DNA of 64,000 nt from NCBI GenBank assembly GCA_963665125.2, contig CAXXUK010000001.1, positions 2,752,001-2,816,000 on the forward strand, given 5' to 3'. The translations under genes were made by a program, and so were the position numbers. The notes beneath the pieces are model-generated. The model saw only the letters and a list, made by a program, of their open reading frames with translations. It was not told the DNA's origin and searched no databases. The stretch's first letter is position 1; every line of letters starts with the position of its first letter. Positions 1-8,118 of this stretch are shown piece after piece. This stretch comes from an uncultured Desulfarculus sp. Its GTDB lineage: Bacteria; Desulfobacterota; Desulfarculia; Desulfarculales; Desulfarculaceae.

Positions 1-2
1 GC

Positions 3-182
3 TTGAGCGCCTCGACGGACCTGGGTTTTGTCCTGGAGGCTTTGGCACCCCAAAAGGCCGAAATAGCCACCTTCGGCAATGTGCGACTGGCCACAATGAC
101 GGCACATGCGGCGGATGAACACTGCAATGTGCAAGACCTGGTGGAACTGACCAAGCTCATGGTCCACTACCTCTGCTTTTAG
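3..182 (+). CDS. 3' end of an M20/ArgE/DapE-family metallopeptidase/deacylase (partial, runs off window start)
   Basis: Own translation: ...LSASTDLGFV...TFGNVRLATMTAHAADEHCNVQDLVELTK...*. The STD...AH..DE...DL pattern is typical of M20 C-termini. Stop TAG at 180-182. Confidence 0.7.
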   Translation: MSASTDLGFVLEALAPQKAEIATFGNVRLATMTAHAADEHCNVQDLVELTKLMVHYLCF

Positions 183-194
183 TGAGCTCGCAAC

Positions 195-231
195 ACCGCG
201 GCGTCCACCAAAGGGCGCCGCGGTTTCTCTT
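195..231 (+). terminator. Rho-independent terminator
   Basis: 12-bp stem accgcggcgtcc / gggcgccgcggt (one G-U) followed by ttctctt, just after the stop at 182. Confidence 0.75.
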
Positions 232-425
232 GCCTTTGTTATCCTAAAATGTAGTAAAATATGTAATCAGTGATACGCTTGCAGCCCGATGGATCGAAGC
301 TGCTAAAAAGCGGGCATGAGGGTAAAAACGCTTTTTCCAGTCCACGCCGACAGTTAAAAGCAACATTTCAGCAATCGCTGGTGGCCGGGGCAGCAAGCCT
401 TGTCGTCAATCGCGCCGGCGAGAAA

Positions 426-725
426 ATGGTGACGGTCATGAGCAGGGTTTCCGTCAGGACGCTGTTTGGGGAGCTGGCCAGGCTCGGCGGCTCAATGCTG
501 ATTGTCACGGGCGGTCTGGCCGCCTATCTTTGCTACGGCTATGCCGTGGGCCATGGCCCGGACCTTGACGGCGCCATGCTCTACGGCTGGCTCAAGGGTC
601 TTGCCGCGGCCGCCGTATTCGCGGGAGGCGACTGGCCTGTCGTATGGCTACCAGCCGTACTTCTTTATCTCACCACCACGATCTGGCGGTATTCACGCCT
701 AAAGCGTGCAAAAAAGTACGCATAA
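426..725 (+). CDS. Small hypothetical membrane protein
   Basis: 3' part of ORF 270..725 with 2-3 hydrophobic segments and a basic C-tail. ATG at 426 follows ggcgagaaa. Start uncertain. Confidence 0.5.
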   Translation: MVTVMSRVSVRTLFGELARLGGSMLIVTGGLAAYLCYGYAVGHGPDLDGAMLYGWLKGLAAAAVFAGGDWPVVWLPAVLLYLTTTIWRYSRLKRAKKYA

Positions 726-844
726 TCGCATAATATTTGCACTTTCCGGTATTTTTCACTTAGTTACGCACCTGAGGTTGCTGTATCATGCAGTAACTAT
801 GGGTGTTTTTCATTTTTTGTGAGACAAGCCGGGAGAACCACCTC

Positions 845-1312
845 GTGAACGCCGACCATCTTGATGCCTTTAAAAACGCGGCAAACAGAGTCGTTCAAAC
901 CATGGCCTTCACTGATGTGACGGCCGGACAACCGTTCGTAAAATCTCAGGACATATCCACCGGCGACGTTTCGGCCATCGTCGGAATTACCGGCCCCATG
1001 TCGGGTTCCATGTCCCTGTCTTTCCCGGAAAAAAGCATACTTTTTGTAGTAAGCAACATGTTCGGTGAGGAAATGGCCTCTCTGGACGATGAAGTGGCCG
1101 ACGCGGTTGGCGAATTGACCAATATAATCAGCGGCGACGCCAGGCGGGAAATGGCGGAAAACGGATTGACCCTAGACGGCGCGGTGCCCACGGTGATTCT
1201 GGGCGCGGGCCACAAGGTCAGGCACATGTCCAACGCCCCCGTCCACGTAATTCCCTTTGAGACCGAGGGCGGTTCTTTCTTTGTGGAGGTTTGCCTGGCC
1301 GAAAGCGTCTGA
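845..1312 (+). CDS. cheX: CheX-family chemotaxis phosphatase
   Basis: GDVSAIVGITG, DAVGELTNIISG (ExxN motif), PTVILG, IPFET..GSF.VEV. GTG start after GGAGA. Confidence 0.92.
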   Translation: MNADHLDAFKNAANRVVQTMAFTDVTAGQPFVKSQDISTGDVSAIVGITGPMSGSMSLSFPEKSILFVVSNMFGEEMASLDDEVADAVGELTNIISGDARREMAENGLTLDGAVPTVILGAGHKVRHMSNAPVHVIPFETEGGSFFVEVCLAESV

Positions 1313-1331
1313 CCAAGGCTCAGGAGACCTG

Positions 1332-1373
1332 TTCTTTATTCTTTATTCTTTATTCTTTATCCTTTATCCTTTC
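1332..1373. repeat. 7-bp tandem repeat (TTCTTTA)x4 + TCCTTTA + TCCTTTC overlapping the stop of the CHASE gene
   Basis: Read directly: ttcttta ttcttta ttcttta ttcttta tccttta tcctttc. Confidence 0.9.
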
Positions 1374-2561
1374 GTACACTTCCGGATACAGTTTTTTCAT
1401 GCATTCCGGACAAATGCTGTGCGAAAAATCCGCGTCCGAGTGTTGCTTGATATAATCCTCGATCTGGCTCCAGTAGCCCTGGTCATCCCTGACTTTTTTA
1501 CATGACGCGCAAATGGGCAACAGCCCGCTGAGGGTCTTGACCTTGCTCAGGGCCGCCTGAAGCTCGTGATTGGTTTTTTCCAATTCATTGGTGCGCAGGG
1601 CCACGCGTTTTTCCAGATTGTCCCTGGCGTCCACCAATGCCGCGGTGGCCTCTTGGACCATCATGCGCAGGCGGATGGGATTGCGCACTAAAAACCAGGT
1701 CAACAGGGCCGTGGTCAATATCACCAGAATATTGAGGCCCCGGATGTGCCAAAGGCCCGGAGCCCCGACGCCCCAACCGGCTTTTGGCGTGGCGGCGATG
1801 ATCCATTCTCCTCCGGGCACGCTGACTTTTTGTTCTACCGGGTCCATGGTGAAGACATCGGAGTTGCCGTAAAACACCCCGGCCCCCTCGCCCTGGGCGT
1901 TGCCACCCTTTATGGCGATGTTCAAATGGTTGTACTTGGTTTCCAACCCGGCGGCGCTATAAACGTATTTTTGATAGATGACCACCGCGCTTACGCCCAG
2001 ATACGAACCCCTTACGGCATATGCCGAGTCGGCGGCCAAATATATCGGCCGCAACGCAATGAAAATGCCGGGAGAGTTCTCGCCCCGGTTTTCCAACGGC
2101 CCTGCCAAAACAGGTTTTTTGGTGGCCATTATCTTTCGCATGGCCTGGGCTGTCTCGGGGCTTTTGAGTAGATCAAGGCCAATGACCCGCATGTTTTGAG
2201 CCAAGGGATAAATGTTTTTAACGGTGGTCCCCTTGACCAGGGCCAGATGATAGATCCCGGCGACCCCGTCCATTATCGACCGGGCCAGCAGTTCATAGCG
2301 TTCCTGGGTGATTTCCGGATTGAAGGAGATGTACAGGGCGATGCTTTCGTCAATGCCGGTCAGCTTGTTCAGGGTCGATTCCAGGTCGGCCCGCAGGGCG
2401 TTGAGTTCCAGCAGCACTTGGCCGCGGGCCCTGGTTTGGTAGCGGTCATTTTCGGCCGATTCCAATTGGGATGTCAGGGCCCACATCAACGCGGCGGCCG
2501 CCAATGCGGCAAGCCACGGCAATACCATCAGATTTTTGGGTCCGGCTTGTCTATCGGCCAT
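1350..2561 (-). CDS. Membrane sensor: TM-CHASE-TM-coiled coil plus a C-terminal Cys-rich (CxxC...CxxC) domain, no kinase domain
   Basis: CHASE-like IYPL..N..VIGLDL, LAGP...GIF..RPIY, VPGGEW..AATP..GW. C-terminal LSGLLPICASCKKVRDDQGYW...FSHSICPEC. Confidence 0.8.
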   Translation of the reverse strand: MADRQAGPKNLMVLPWLAALAAAALMWALTSQLESAENDRYQTRARGQVLLELNALRADLESTLNKLTGIDESIALYISFNPEITQERYELLARSIMDGVAGIYHLALVKGTTVKNIYPLAQNMRVIGLDLLKSPETAQAMRKIMATKKPVLAGPLENRGENSPGIFIALRPIYLAADSAYAVRGSYLGVSAVVIYQKYVYSAAGLETKYNHLNIAIKGGNAQGEGAGVFYGNSDVFTMDPVEQKVSVPGGEWIIAATPKAGWGVGAPGLWHIRGLNILVILTTALLTWFLVRNPIRLRMMVQEATAALVDARDNLEKRVALRTNELEKTNHELQAALSKVKTLSGLLPICASCKKVRDDQGYWSQIEDYIKQHSDADFSHSICPECMKKLYPEVYERIKDKE

Positions 2562-2653
2562 CGCGGCTCCGCGAAATTTCGCTTTTAATCACCTTACGTT
2601 AATTAATTTTATAGCAAGTCAACCCACCGGGCCAACACCGGCAGTGAACTGTA

Positions 2654-2816
2654 TTAACAGGCTGTTAAAAAAACAGCCTGTTAGGCGGGCCATGGACGGT
2701 CCGCCAATTTGCGCAGTTTTGCAAATAACAAGCAAATTGAGTTGCTTGACAAAACCGCGCTTTTGTCAAGTAGCGGGTGAAAAAGTCCAGGACGGACTTT
2801 TTCAACACCCTGCTAA
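2654..2816. mobile_element. MITE-like non-coding element with IS-type terminal inverted repeats
   Basis: Left end ttaacaggctgttaaaaaa vs reverse complement of the right end ttagcagggtgttgaaaaa (16/19). Interior is consecutive hairpins. No ORF. Confidence 0.7.
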
Positions 2817-3745
2817 AAAATCGATCCCTTCGGCGGGTATGCGTTCAAAAAGGCCGTTGAGCCCATCCCGCCCTTGGCCAGGGCCCTGAAGGCCTTCACC
2901 GGCGCCTGAACCACCATCAGCATCTTGGCTGGTATGGCATAAGGATCGTTCTTTGGCGGAATTTGGTTGGAAATTATCACCGCCATTTGGCTGGCGCCCT
3001 TGGGCGGCTCCATGGAGTCGCCCAGGGCCACGGCCATGGGCAACCCGGCGGCGATGAGCATCCGGCCGCCCGGGGGCGCGAACTCCAAAGTCACCCAAGG
3101 GCTCGCCTTCCATTTAAGGCGCAGGTTGAAACTGCCGTCGACCAATTCGAAGGCGGGCAGGTCGAATACGCAGCCCAAAAGTTGCACCGGCCGGTTGTAT
3201 GTCTTGTAGAACTCCAAAAGGCGCAGGCGTAACAGGCTGTTTTTGGGCAGGTTATCCAGGCCCTCACCCAGAAGTTTTGACTCCGACACGAGTTGGACCA
3301 CCTCGCCCAGGGGCTCGATGCGGGCCCGGCGGGTCAGGGCGGACAAGTGCTCCGCCCGCACCTGGCGGCTGCGCCTGCGGTCGGCCAGCAGCCCCTCGGT
3401 GGGCAGATACCCCGGAGCGCTGACTACAAAGCGCAGTTTGGTTATCGTGTCCAGGATCTCGTCCTCGCTGTGGGTCGACGCCCGGCTGTCGTGGACCTCG
3501 GGCACCCATTTCAAACGCAGTTCGCCTTCCATGTCCGTGTAGTAGGGGCCGGCCTTCAGCGGTCCGCCATTGAGCGGAGTGATGGTTATCAGGGCGTTTT
3601 CCACGGGCATGTCTTCGGCGTTCAATACCTGGATCACCACCGGCTGGATCAGGCCAGGTTCTTCCATTAGATCATCCGCCGGGGCCGACACCCCGGTCAA
3701 CAGCAGGGCCGTTGCCACCATTAGCAAGATTAGTGATCTGGGCAT
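2813..3745 (-). CDS. Secreted/periplasmic hypothetical protein with an N-terminal carboxypeptidase-regulatory-like (beta-sandwich) domain
   Basis: Signal peptide MPRSLILLMVATALLLTGVSA. Motif V.N....PV.NA.I.I......TD..G....V.APGY. GGAGG upstream of ATG 3745. Confidence 0.6.
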   Translation of the reverse strand: MPRSLILLMVATALLLTGVSAPADDLMEEPGLIQPVVIQVLNAEDMPVENALITITPLNGGPLKAGPYYTDMEGELRLKWVPEVHDSRASTHSEDEILDTITKLRFVVSAPGYLPTEGLLADRRRSRQVRAEHLSALTRRARIEPLGEVVQLVSESKLLGEGLDNLPKNSLLRLRLLEFYKTYNRPVQLLGCVFDLPAFELVDGSFNLRLKWKASPWVTLEFAPPGGRMLIAAGLPMAVALGDSMEPPKGASQMAVIISNQIPPKNDPYAIPAKMLMVVQAPVKAFRALAKGGMGSTAFLNAYPPKGSIF

Positions 3746-3776
3746 TGTCTCCTCCACAAGCGTTAGCCGTCATACC

Positions 3777-3844
3777 ATTGTAAATATCCGGTTGCAACAG
3801 TCAAGCACCGGCGCATTGACTTGACCGCTACCACATGCTAGTTT
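3777..3844. promoter_or_regulatory. Back-to-back sigma70-type promoters
   Basis: Plus strand: TTGACT(3816-3821)-N17-TAGTTT(3839-3844) with TGn, for ppiD. Minus strand: TTGACT(3804-3799)-N16-TACAAT(3782-3777), for the 2813..3745 gene. Confidence 0.6.
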
Positions 3845-3904
3845 TCCTCTGCCGAGGTGGGCCAAGCGCCCGCAACCCGAAAATTTTCTGGAGTGCGAAA
3901 CAAT

Positions 3905-5842
3905 ATGCTCGAGTACATGCGTAATCAGGCCGGTAACTGGATGATCAAAATCGTCCTGGCAATCATCGCCATCGCTTTTGCCCTTTCCTTTGGCCTAAGC
4001 CCCAATTTCGGGTCCAATCCCGGCATAGCGATGAAGGTCAACGGCCAACCCATCATGGAAGAACAGGTTGCCAAGCGCTACAGCCAGATGGCCGAACAGG
4101 CCAGAGAGCGCTACGGAGACAACTTCGGCAAGCTCGAGCCGCTGTTGAATCTGCGCGAACAGGCCCGCTACGACCTCATGGACCGTCTTTTGATCATGCA
4201 AGCCTGCCTTGACATGGGCCTGTCGGTCAGCCCGGCCGAAGTTCAAAAGACCATCGCGGCCACCAAGTATTTCCAGGTCGACGGCAAGTTCAGCTTTGAC
4301 CGCTACGCCAAGCTCCTGCAGGCCAACCGCCTCAGCGAATCCGACTATGAAAGCTCCATTGCCAACGATATTCTCCAGAAAAAGCTGGCCGCGCTGGTCG
4401 GCGGTTCGGCCCAGGTGACGCCTCTGGAAGTGAACCAGGCCCTGGACATGGCCCTGAGCCGCATCGACGCAGTGTACGTCAAGGTCAGCCCCGCCGAGTT
4501 CTCCGACAAGGTTAAAATCACCGAAGAGGACCTTCAGGCCTATTACGAGCAGAACAAGGGCCGCTACATGAACCCGGCCACCATCCAGCTCGATTACGTG
4601 GCCGTGCCCGTGGCCAAATTCCGCGACAAGGTCGACATCATCGAGACCGATGTCGTCGACGCCTATGAAATGGACTGGCGCAAATACTCCAAGCCGGCCC
4701 AAGCCGAGGCCAGCCACATCCTTATCAGAATCCCCGAAGGCGACACCGGCCAGGCCAAGGCCAAGGCCGAGGAGTTGATGGCCAAGGCCAAGGCCGGGGA
4801 AGATTTCGCCACCCTGGCCCGGGAAAACTCCCAGGGCCCCACCGCCCCCACCGGCGGCGACCTGGGCGCCTTTACCAAGGGCCAGATGGTAGGCCCCTTT
4901 GATGACATGGTGTTCAACATGAAGCCCGGCGAAATAGGCATGGTCCAGACCGATTTCGGCTGGCACGTGGTCAAGCTCCGGGACATCAAACCCGCCCGCA
5001 CCATCCCCCTGGACGATGTGCGCGACGAAATAGCCAACAGCCTGCGCGAAAAGCAGGCCCAGCGTCTGGCCATGGAAGCTGCGGAAAGCATCTTTGACCA
5101 GCTCGCCGGCGGGGCCAAGCTTGCCGCCGCGGCAAACAGCTACGCCCTCAATGTCAGCAGCACCCCGGCCCTCGGCGCGGGTCAACAGGTCGACGCGTTG
5201 CCCGGCCTTGACGACGTATTCAAGGCCGCCCAAGGCCTCGAACAGGGACAGGCCCTGCGCCCCATGGCCTACCAGGACGGCGCAATCGTGGCCGTGATCG
5301 CCAAGCGCACCCCGCCCGAGGCCAAACCCCTGGACGAGGTCAAGCACGAGGTCGAACTGGCCGTGCGCGACAAAAAGGCCATGGAAGAGGCCAGCCAAAA
5401 GGCCGACGACATCCTGGCCCAGGCCCAAAAGGCCGACGATCCGGCCCAGGTGCTGATCAAGCTGGGCGGCAAGCCCACCGGCCTGATCACCAGCTCCGAC
5501 GAAATCAAGGACCTGCCCGGCTCCCAGGAGTTGGTCCGGGCTCTGCATCTGCTCAAGCGTGACCAGACAGTCCTGGCCAAGGCCGCGCCCGTCACCGACG
5601 GCTATGCCGCGGCGGTGATCACCGAGCGCAAGGCCCCGTCCGAAGGCGCCGTCATGGAGATGAAGCAGGAGATGACCGACCAGCTCCTCACCCAGCGCCA
5701 GAATCAGGTCTTCGCCCGCTTCCTGGCCGACCTGCGCTCCAACGCCGAAATCCTGGTGCCGGAAATGGCCGACGCCTCCGGCTTCCATCTGCCGGGCTGC
5801 GAACCGGGCCGCGAAGTCATGTGGGTCCGCAAAAAATTCTAA
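3905..5842 (+). CDS. ppiD: Periplasmic folding chaperone / parvulin-type PPIase (PpiD, SurA N-terminal domain)
   Basis: N-terminal MLEYMRN..G.W.IK plus TM, F..DGKFS..RY, rotamase ASHILI...FATLARENSQGPTA..GGDLG.F..GQMV.PFD, TDFGWHVVK. Confidence 0.93.
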   Translation: MLEYMRNQAGNWMIKIVLAIIAIAFALSFGLSPNFGSNPGIAMKVNGQPIMEEQVAKRYSQMAEQARERYGDNFGKLEPLLNLREQARYDLMDRLLIMQACLDMGLSVSPAEVQKTIAATKYFQVDGKFSFDRYAKLLQANRLSESDYESSIANDILQKKLAALVGGSAQVTPLEVNQALDMALSRIDAVYVKVSPAEFSDKVKITEEDLQAYYEQNKGRYMNPATIQLDYVAVPVAKFRDKVDIIETDVVDAYEMDWRKYSKPAQAEASHILIRIPEGDTGQAKAKAEELMAKAKAGEDFATLARENSQGPTAPTGGDLGAFTKGQMVGPFDDMVFNMKPGEIGMVQTDFGWHVVKLRDIKPARTIPLDDVRDEIANSLREKQAQRLAMEAAESIFDQLAGGAKLAAAANSYALNVSSTPALGAGQQVDALPGLDDVFKAAQGLEQGQALRPMAYQDGAIVAVIAKRTPPEAKPLDEVKHEVELAVRDKKAMEEASQKADDILAQAQKADDPAQVLIKLGGKPTGLITSSDEIKDLPGSQELVRALHLLKRDQTVLAKAAPVTDGYAAAVITERKAPSEGAVMEMKQEMTDQLLTQRQNQVFARFLADLRSNAEILVPEMADASGFHLPGCEPGREVMWVRKKF

Positions 5843-5853
5843 TTTCTGATCTC

Positions 5854-6442
5854 TTGCACCTTGGCCCGTCCTTGGGCCAAGGTGCAACGCCCCGGCCGGA
5901 GCAAGTCCGATCCGGGGCTTACGGCACATGGCTTCGCGCTGCGCCGGGCCGCCCTGCTATTTACTTGTTACTCTGGCCATCCTTGGCCAGAGTAACAGCG
6001 CCTCGGGCTGAATGAATCAGACCCGAGGCTTACGGCGCATGGCTTCGCGCTGCGCCGGGCTGGCCATCCATGGCCAGCTAGCCGTAGAGCACGATATTGC
6101 TATTTTGGGCGCTTGGCCGGGGCCACTGGGGTTTATTCAGGCATTGCGTGCTGCCCGCGATATGGCAGCCCAAGCATTGGGCGCGCGTGGCTTGGCGCCG
6201 CGCCGGGCCGCCCTGCTATTTACTTGTTACTCTGGCCATCCTTGGCCAGAGTAACAGCGCCTCGGGCTGAATGAATCAGACCCGAGGCTTACGGCGCATG
6301 GCTTCGCGCTGCGCCGGGCTGGCCATCAATGGCCAGCTAGCCGTAGAGCACGATACTGCTATTATGATGCGCCCGACCGGGGCCATTGGGGTTTATTCAG
6401 GCATTGCGTGCTGCCCGCGATATGGCAGCCCAAGCATTGGGC
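5854..6442. repeat. Array of palindromic (REP/MITE-like) modules including a ~242-bp direct repeat with period 259 (5941-6182 and 6200-6442)
   Basis: Perfect 14-bp hairpins at 5854-5887, 5966-5997 and 6225-6256. Each is followed by a second hairpin and TTACGGC(A/G)CATGGCTTCGCGCTGCGCCGGGC. Confidence 0.9.
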
Positions 6443-6590
6443 CGGGTCGGACGGACCCCGCTTCGAACGCCACGCTTGTTTACCAAATCCCACGGTAGTA
6501 CACTTGCCCACATCCCGGTTTCCCGACAAAAACCCACTGATTTCATATGATCAAATCGGAAGCCGGCACTTTAGGCACGGGGGCGCTAAA

Positions 6591-7010
6591 ATGCAGACAG
6601 TGACCATGGAGCCCATCGGAGTGGCCCGCTCGGCCCTAAAAAAAACCTCCGACTCCCCGCCCCAGGGCCCCACGGCGGGCACCGAAGCCGTGATTGAAAT
6701 CGACAGCAGCTATGAGCTCGGCCTGGCCGACCTGCGGCCCGGCATGGACCTGTGGGTGCTTTATTATTTCGACAAGGCCGACGGCCCGCTGATGCAGGTG
6801 CACCCCCAGGGCAACCCCAACCGGCCCCTGCGCAGTCTGTTCGCCACCAGGGCCCCCTGCCGACCCTGCCCCATCGGCCTGAGCCTGGTGCGGTTGCTGA
6901 ATAAAAACGGCTGCCAGCTCGATGTACGCGGCCTGGAGGCCATCGACGGCACGCCGATTTTGGATATCAAACCCTATAACGGAGACTTGGACAGCCCCCG
7001 TCCGGAGTAG
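6591..7010 (+). CDS. trmO: TrmO/TsaA-like tRNA (t6A37) N6-methyltransferase family protein
   Basis: MEPIGV..S....PPQG, LFATRAP.RP.PIGLSLVRL, GLEAIDGTPILDIKPY. Confidence 0.88.
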   Translation: MQTVTMEPIGVARSALKKTSDSPPQGPTAGTEAVIEIDSSYELGLADLRPGMDLWVLYYFDKADGPLMQVHPQGNPNRPLRSLFATRAPCRPCPIGLSLVRLLNKNGCQLDVRGLEAIDGTPILDIKPYNGDLDSPRPE

Positions 7011-7014
7011 ACCC

Positions 7015-7290
7015 ATGACCAGCGATATCACCCAATTTGACCAGGTAGAACATTTCTGGTGCCCCATGCTGGGCCAGACCATCAAATTCGGCTACTGCCG
7101 CAAAATGCGCGAAGGCATGCCCTGCCACAGGCTGCTTGTCTGTTATGAAAGCCACTTCGATGTCATCGGCTTCGTGGGGGCCAACTACACCCCCGAGGAG
7201 CAGGAGCAGTTTTTGTCCAAGCCCACCAGCCGGGTCGAAAACATGCTGGACACAGTGGAAAAGGTTAGGAAATCCGGGGCCGACCAATGA
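7015..7290 (+). CDS. Small four-cysteine hypothetical protein
   Basis: MTSDITQFDQVEHFWCPMLGQTIKFGYCRKMREGMPCHRLLVCY... ATG follows GGAG; stop overlaps the next ATG (ATGA). Confidence 0.75.
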   Translation: MTSDITQFDQVEHFWCPMLGQTIKFGYCRKMREGMPCHRLLVCYESHFDVIGFVGANYTPEEQEQFLSKPTSRVENMLDTVEKVRKSGADQ

Positions 7291-8111
7291 GCAAAGCCGT
7301 TGTGGTAGTCGACAACACGCCTCTGGACGGCCGCTTCGCCGCCGAGCACGGCCTGTCCGTGTGGATCGAGCACCAAGGCCTGAATCTGCTGTTGGACACC
7401 GGCATGGGCGGAGCCCTGCTGCCCAATCTGGGCGCCTTGGGTCTGGACCCCAACGACCTTGACGGCATAATCCTCAGTCACGGCCACTATGATCACGTGG
7501 GCGGCCTGGAGGCACTGTTGAAGGCCCGCAAAGAGCCCATAGACATCTGGTGCCATGCCAATGCCTTTGGCTCGCACCTGGTGAGCAGGCCAGGCGGGCA
7601 GGTCATCGCCATCGGCACGCCCCTGGACCAGGCCGGTTACGAGGCCCTGGGGGCCCGGTTCCATTTCCTGGAGCGCGACGCCAAACCCTGGCCCGGCGTC
7701 ACCCTGCTGGCCCAGATCCCCCGGAATACCGCCTTTGAAACGCCCCGTCCCGAGTTGCAGGCCGAGATCAACGGTGAGATAGCGCCCGACCCCTTCCCCG
7801 ACGACCTTGCCGTGCTGCTGGAGGCCCCGGCAGGCCCGGCGGTGATCACCGGCTGCGCCCACTCCGGGGTGATCAATATCCTGGATCTGGCCCGGCAATA
7901 CACCAAAGGCAATATAGTCATGCTCATGGGCGGCACCCACCTTGGCCCTGCCGATAAGCGCCAGCAGGATGAAACCGCCGCCGCGCTCAAACGCATGGAC
8001 GGCCTCCAGGTGGTCAGCGGTCACTGCACCCTTGCCGCCGGCGTCATGCTGGCCGAAAAGCTTGGCGGACGTTATACGGCCATGGCCGCCGGCATGTCTT
8101 TCGAGTTGTAG
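7287..8111 (+). CDS. MBL-fold metallo-hydrolase (dihydropteroate-synthase-like AEHGLS subfamily)
   Basis: AEHGLS.WIE, LLDTG, ILSHGHYDHVGGL, DDLA, TGCAHSG, GGTHL, GHCT. Confidence 0.9.
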   Translation: MSKAVVVVDNTPLDGRFAAEHGLSVWIEHQGLNLLLDTGMGGALLPNLGALGLDPNDLDGIILSHGHYDHVGGLEALLKARKEPIDIWCHANAFGSHLVSRPGGQVIAIGTPLDQAGYEALGARFHFLERDAKPWPGVTLLAQIPRNTAFETPRPELQAEINGEIAPDPFPDDLAVLLEAPAGPAVITGCAHSGVINILDLARQYTKGNIVMLMGGTHLGPADKRQQDETAAALKRMDGLQVVSGHCTLAAGVMLAEKLGGRYTAMAAGMSFEL

Positions 8112-8118
8112 GACGGCC

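Noticed and set aside
3995..5929. Long antisense ORFs (644 aa here; also 46010..47800, 49438..51207, 29834..31339, 34787..36325, 16000..17403 and others)
   Set aside because: They lie opposite well-identified genes and have no motifs of their own. They are the shadow ORFs expected from high-GC codon bias.
5854..6442. Possible CRISPR array
   Set aside because: Units are about 100-260 bp, there are no unique spacers of regular length, and no cas genes are in the window.
6012..6498. Two similar ORFs beginning MNQTRGLRRMASRCAG
   Set aside because: They are translations of the palindromic direct repeat, lack an RBS, and diverge by frameshift.
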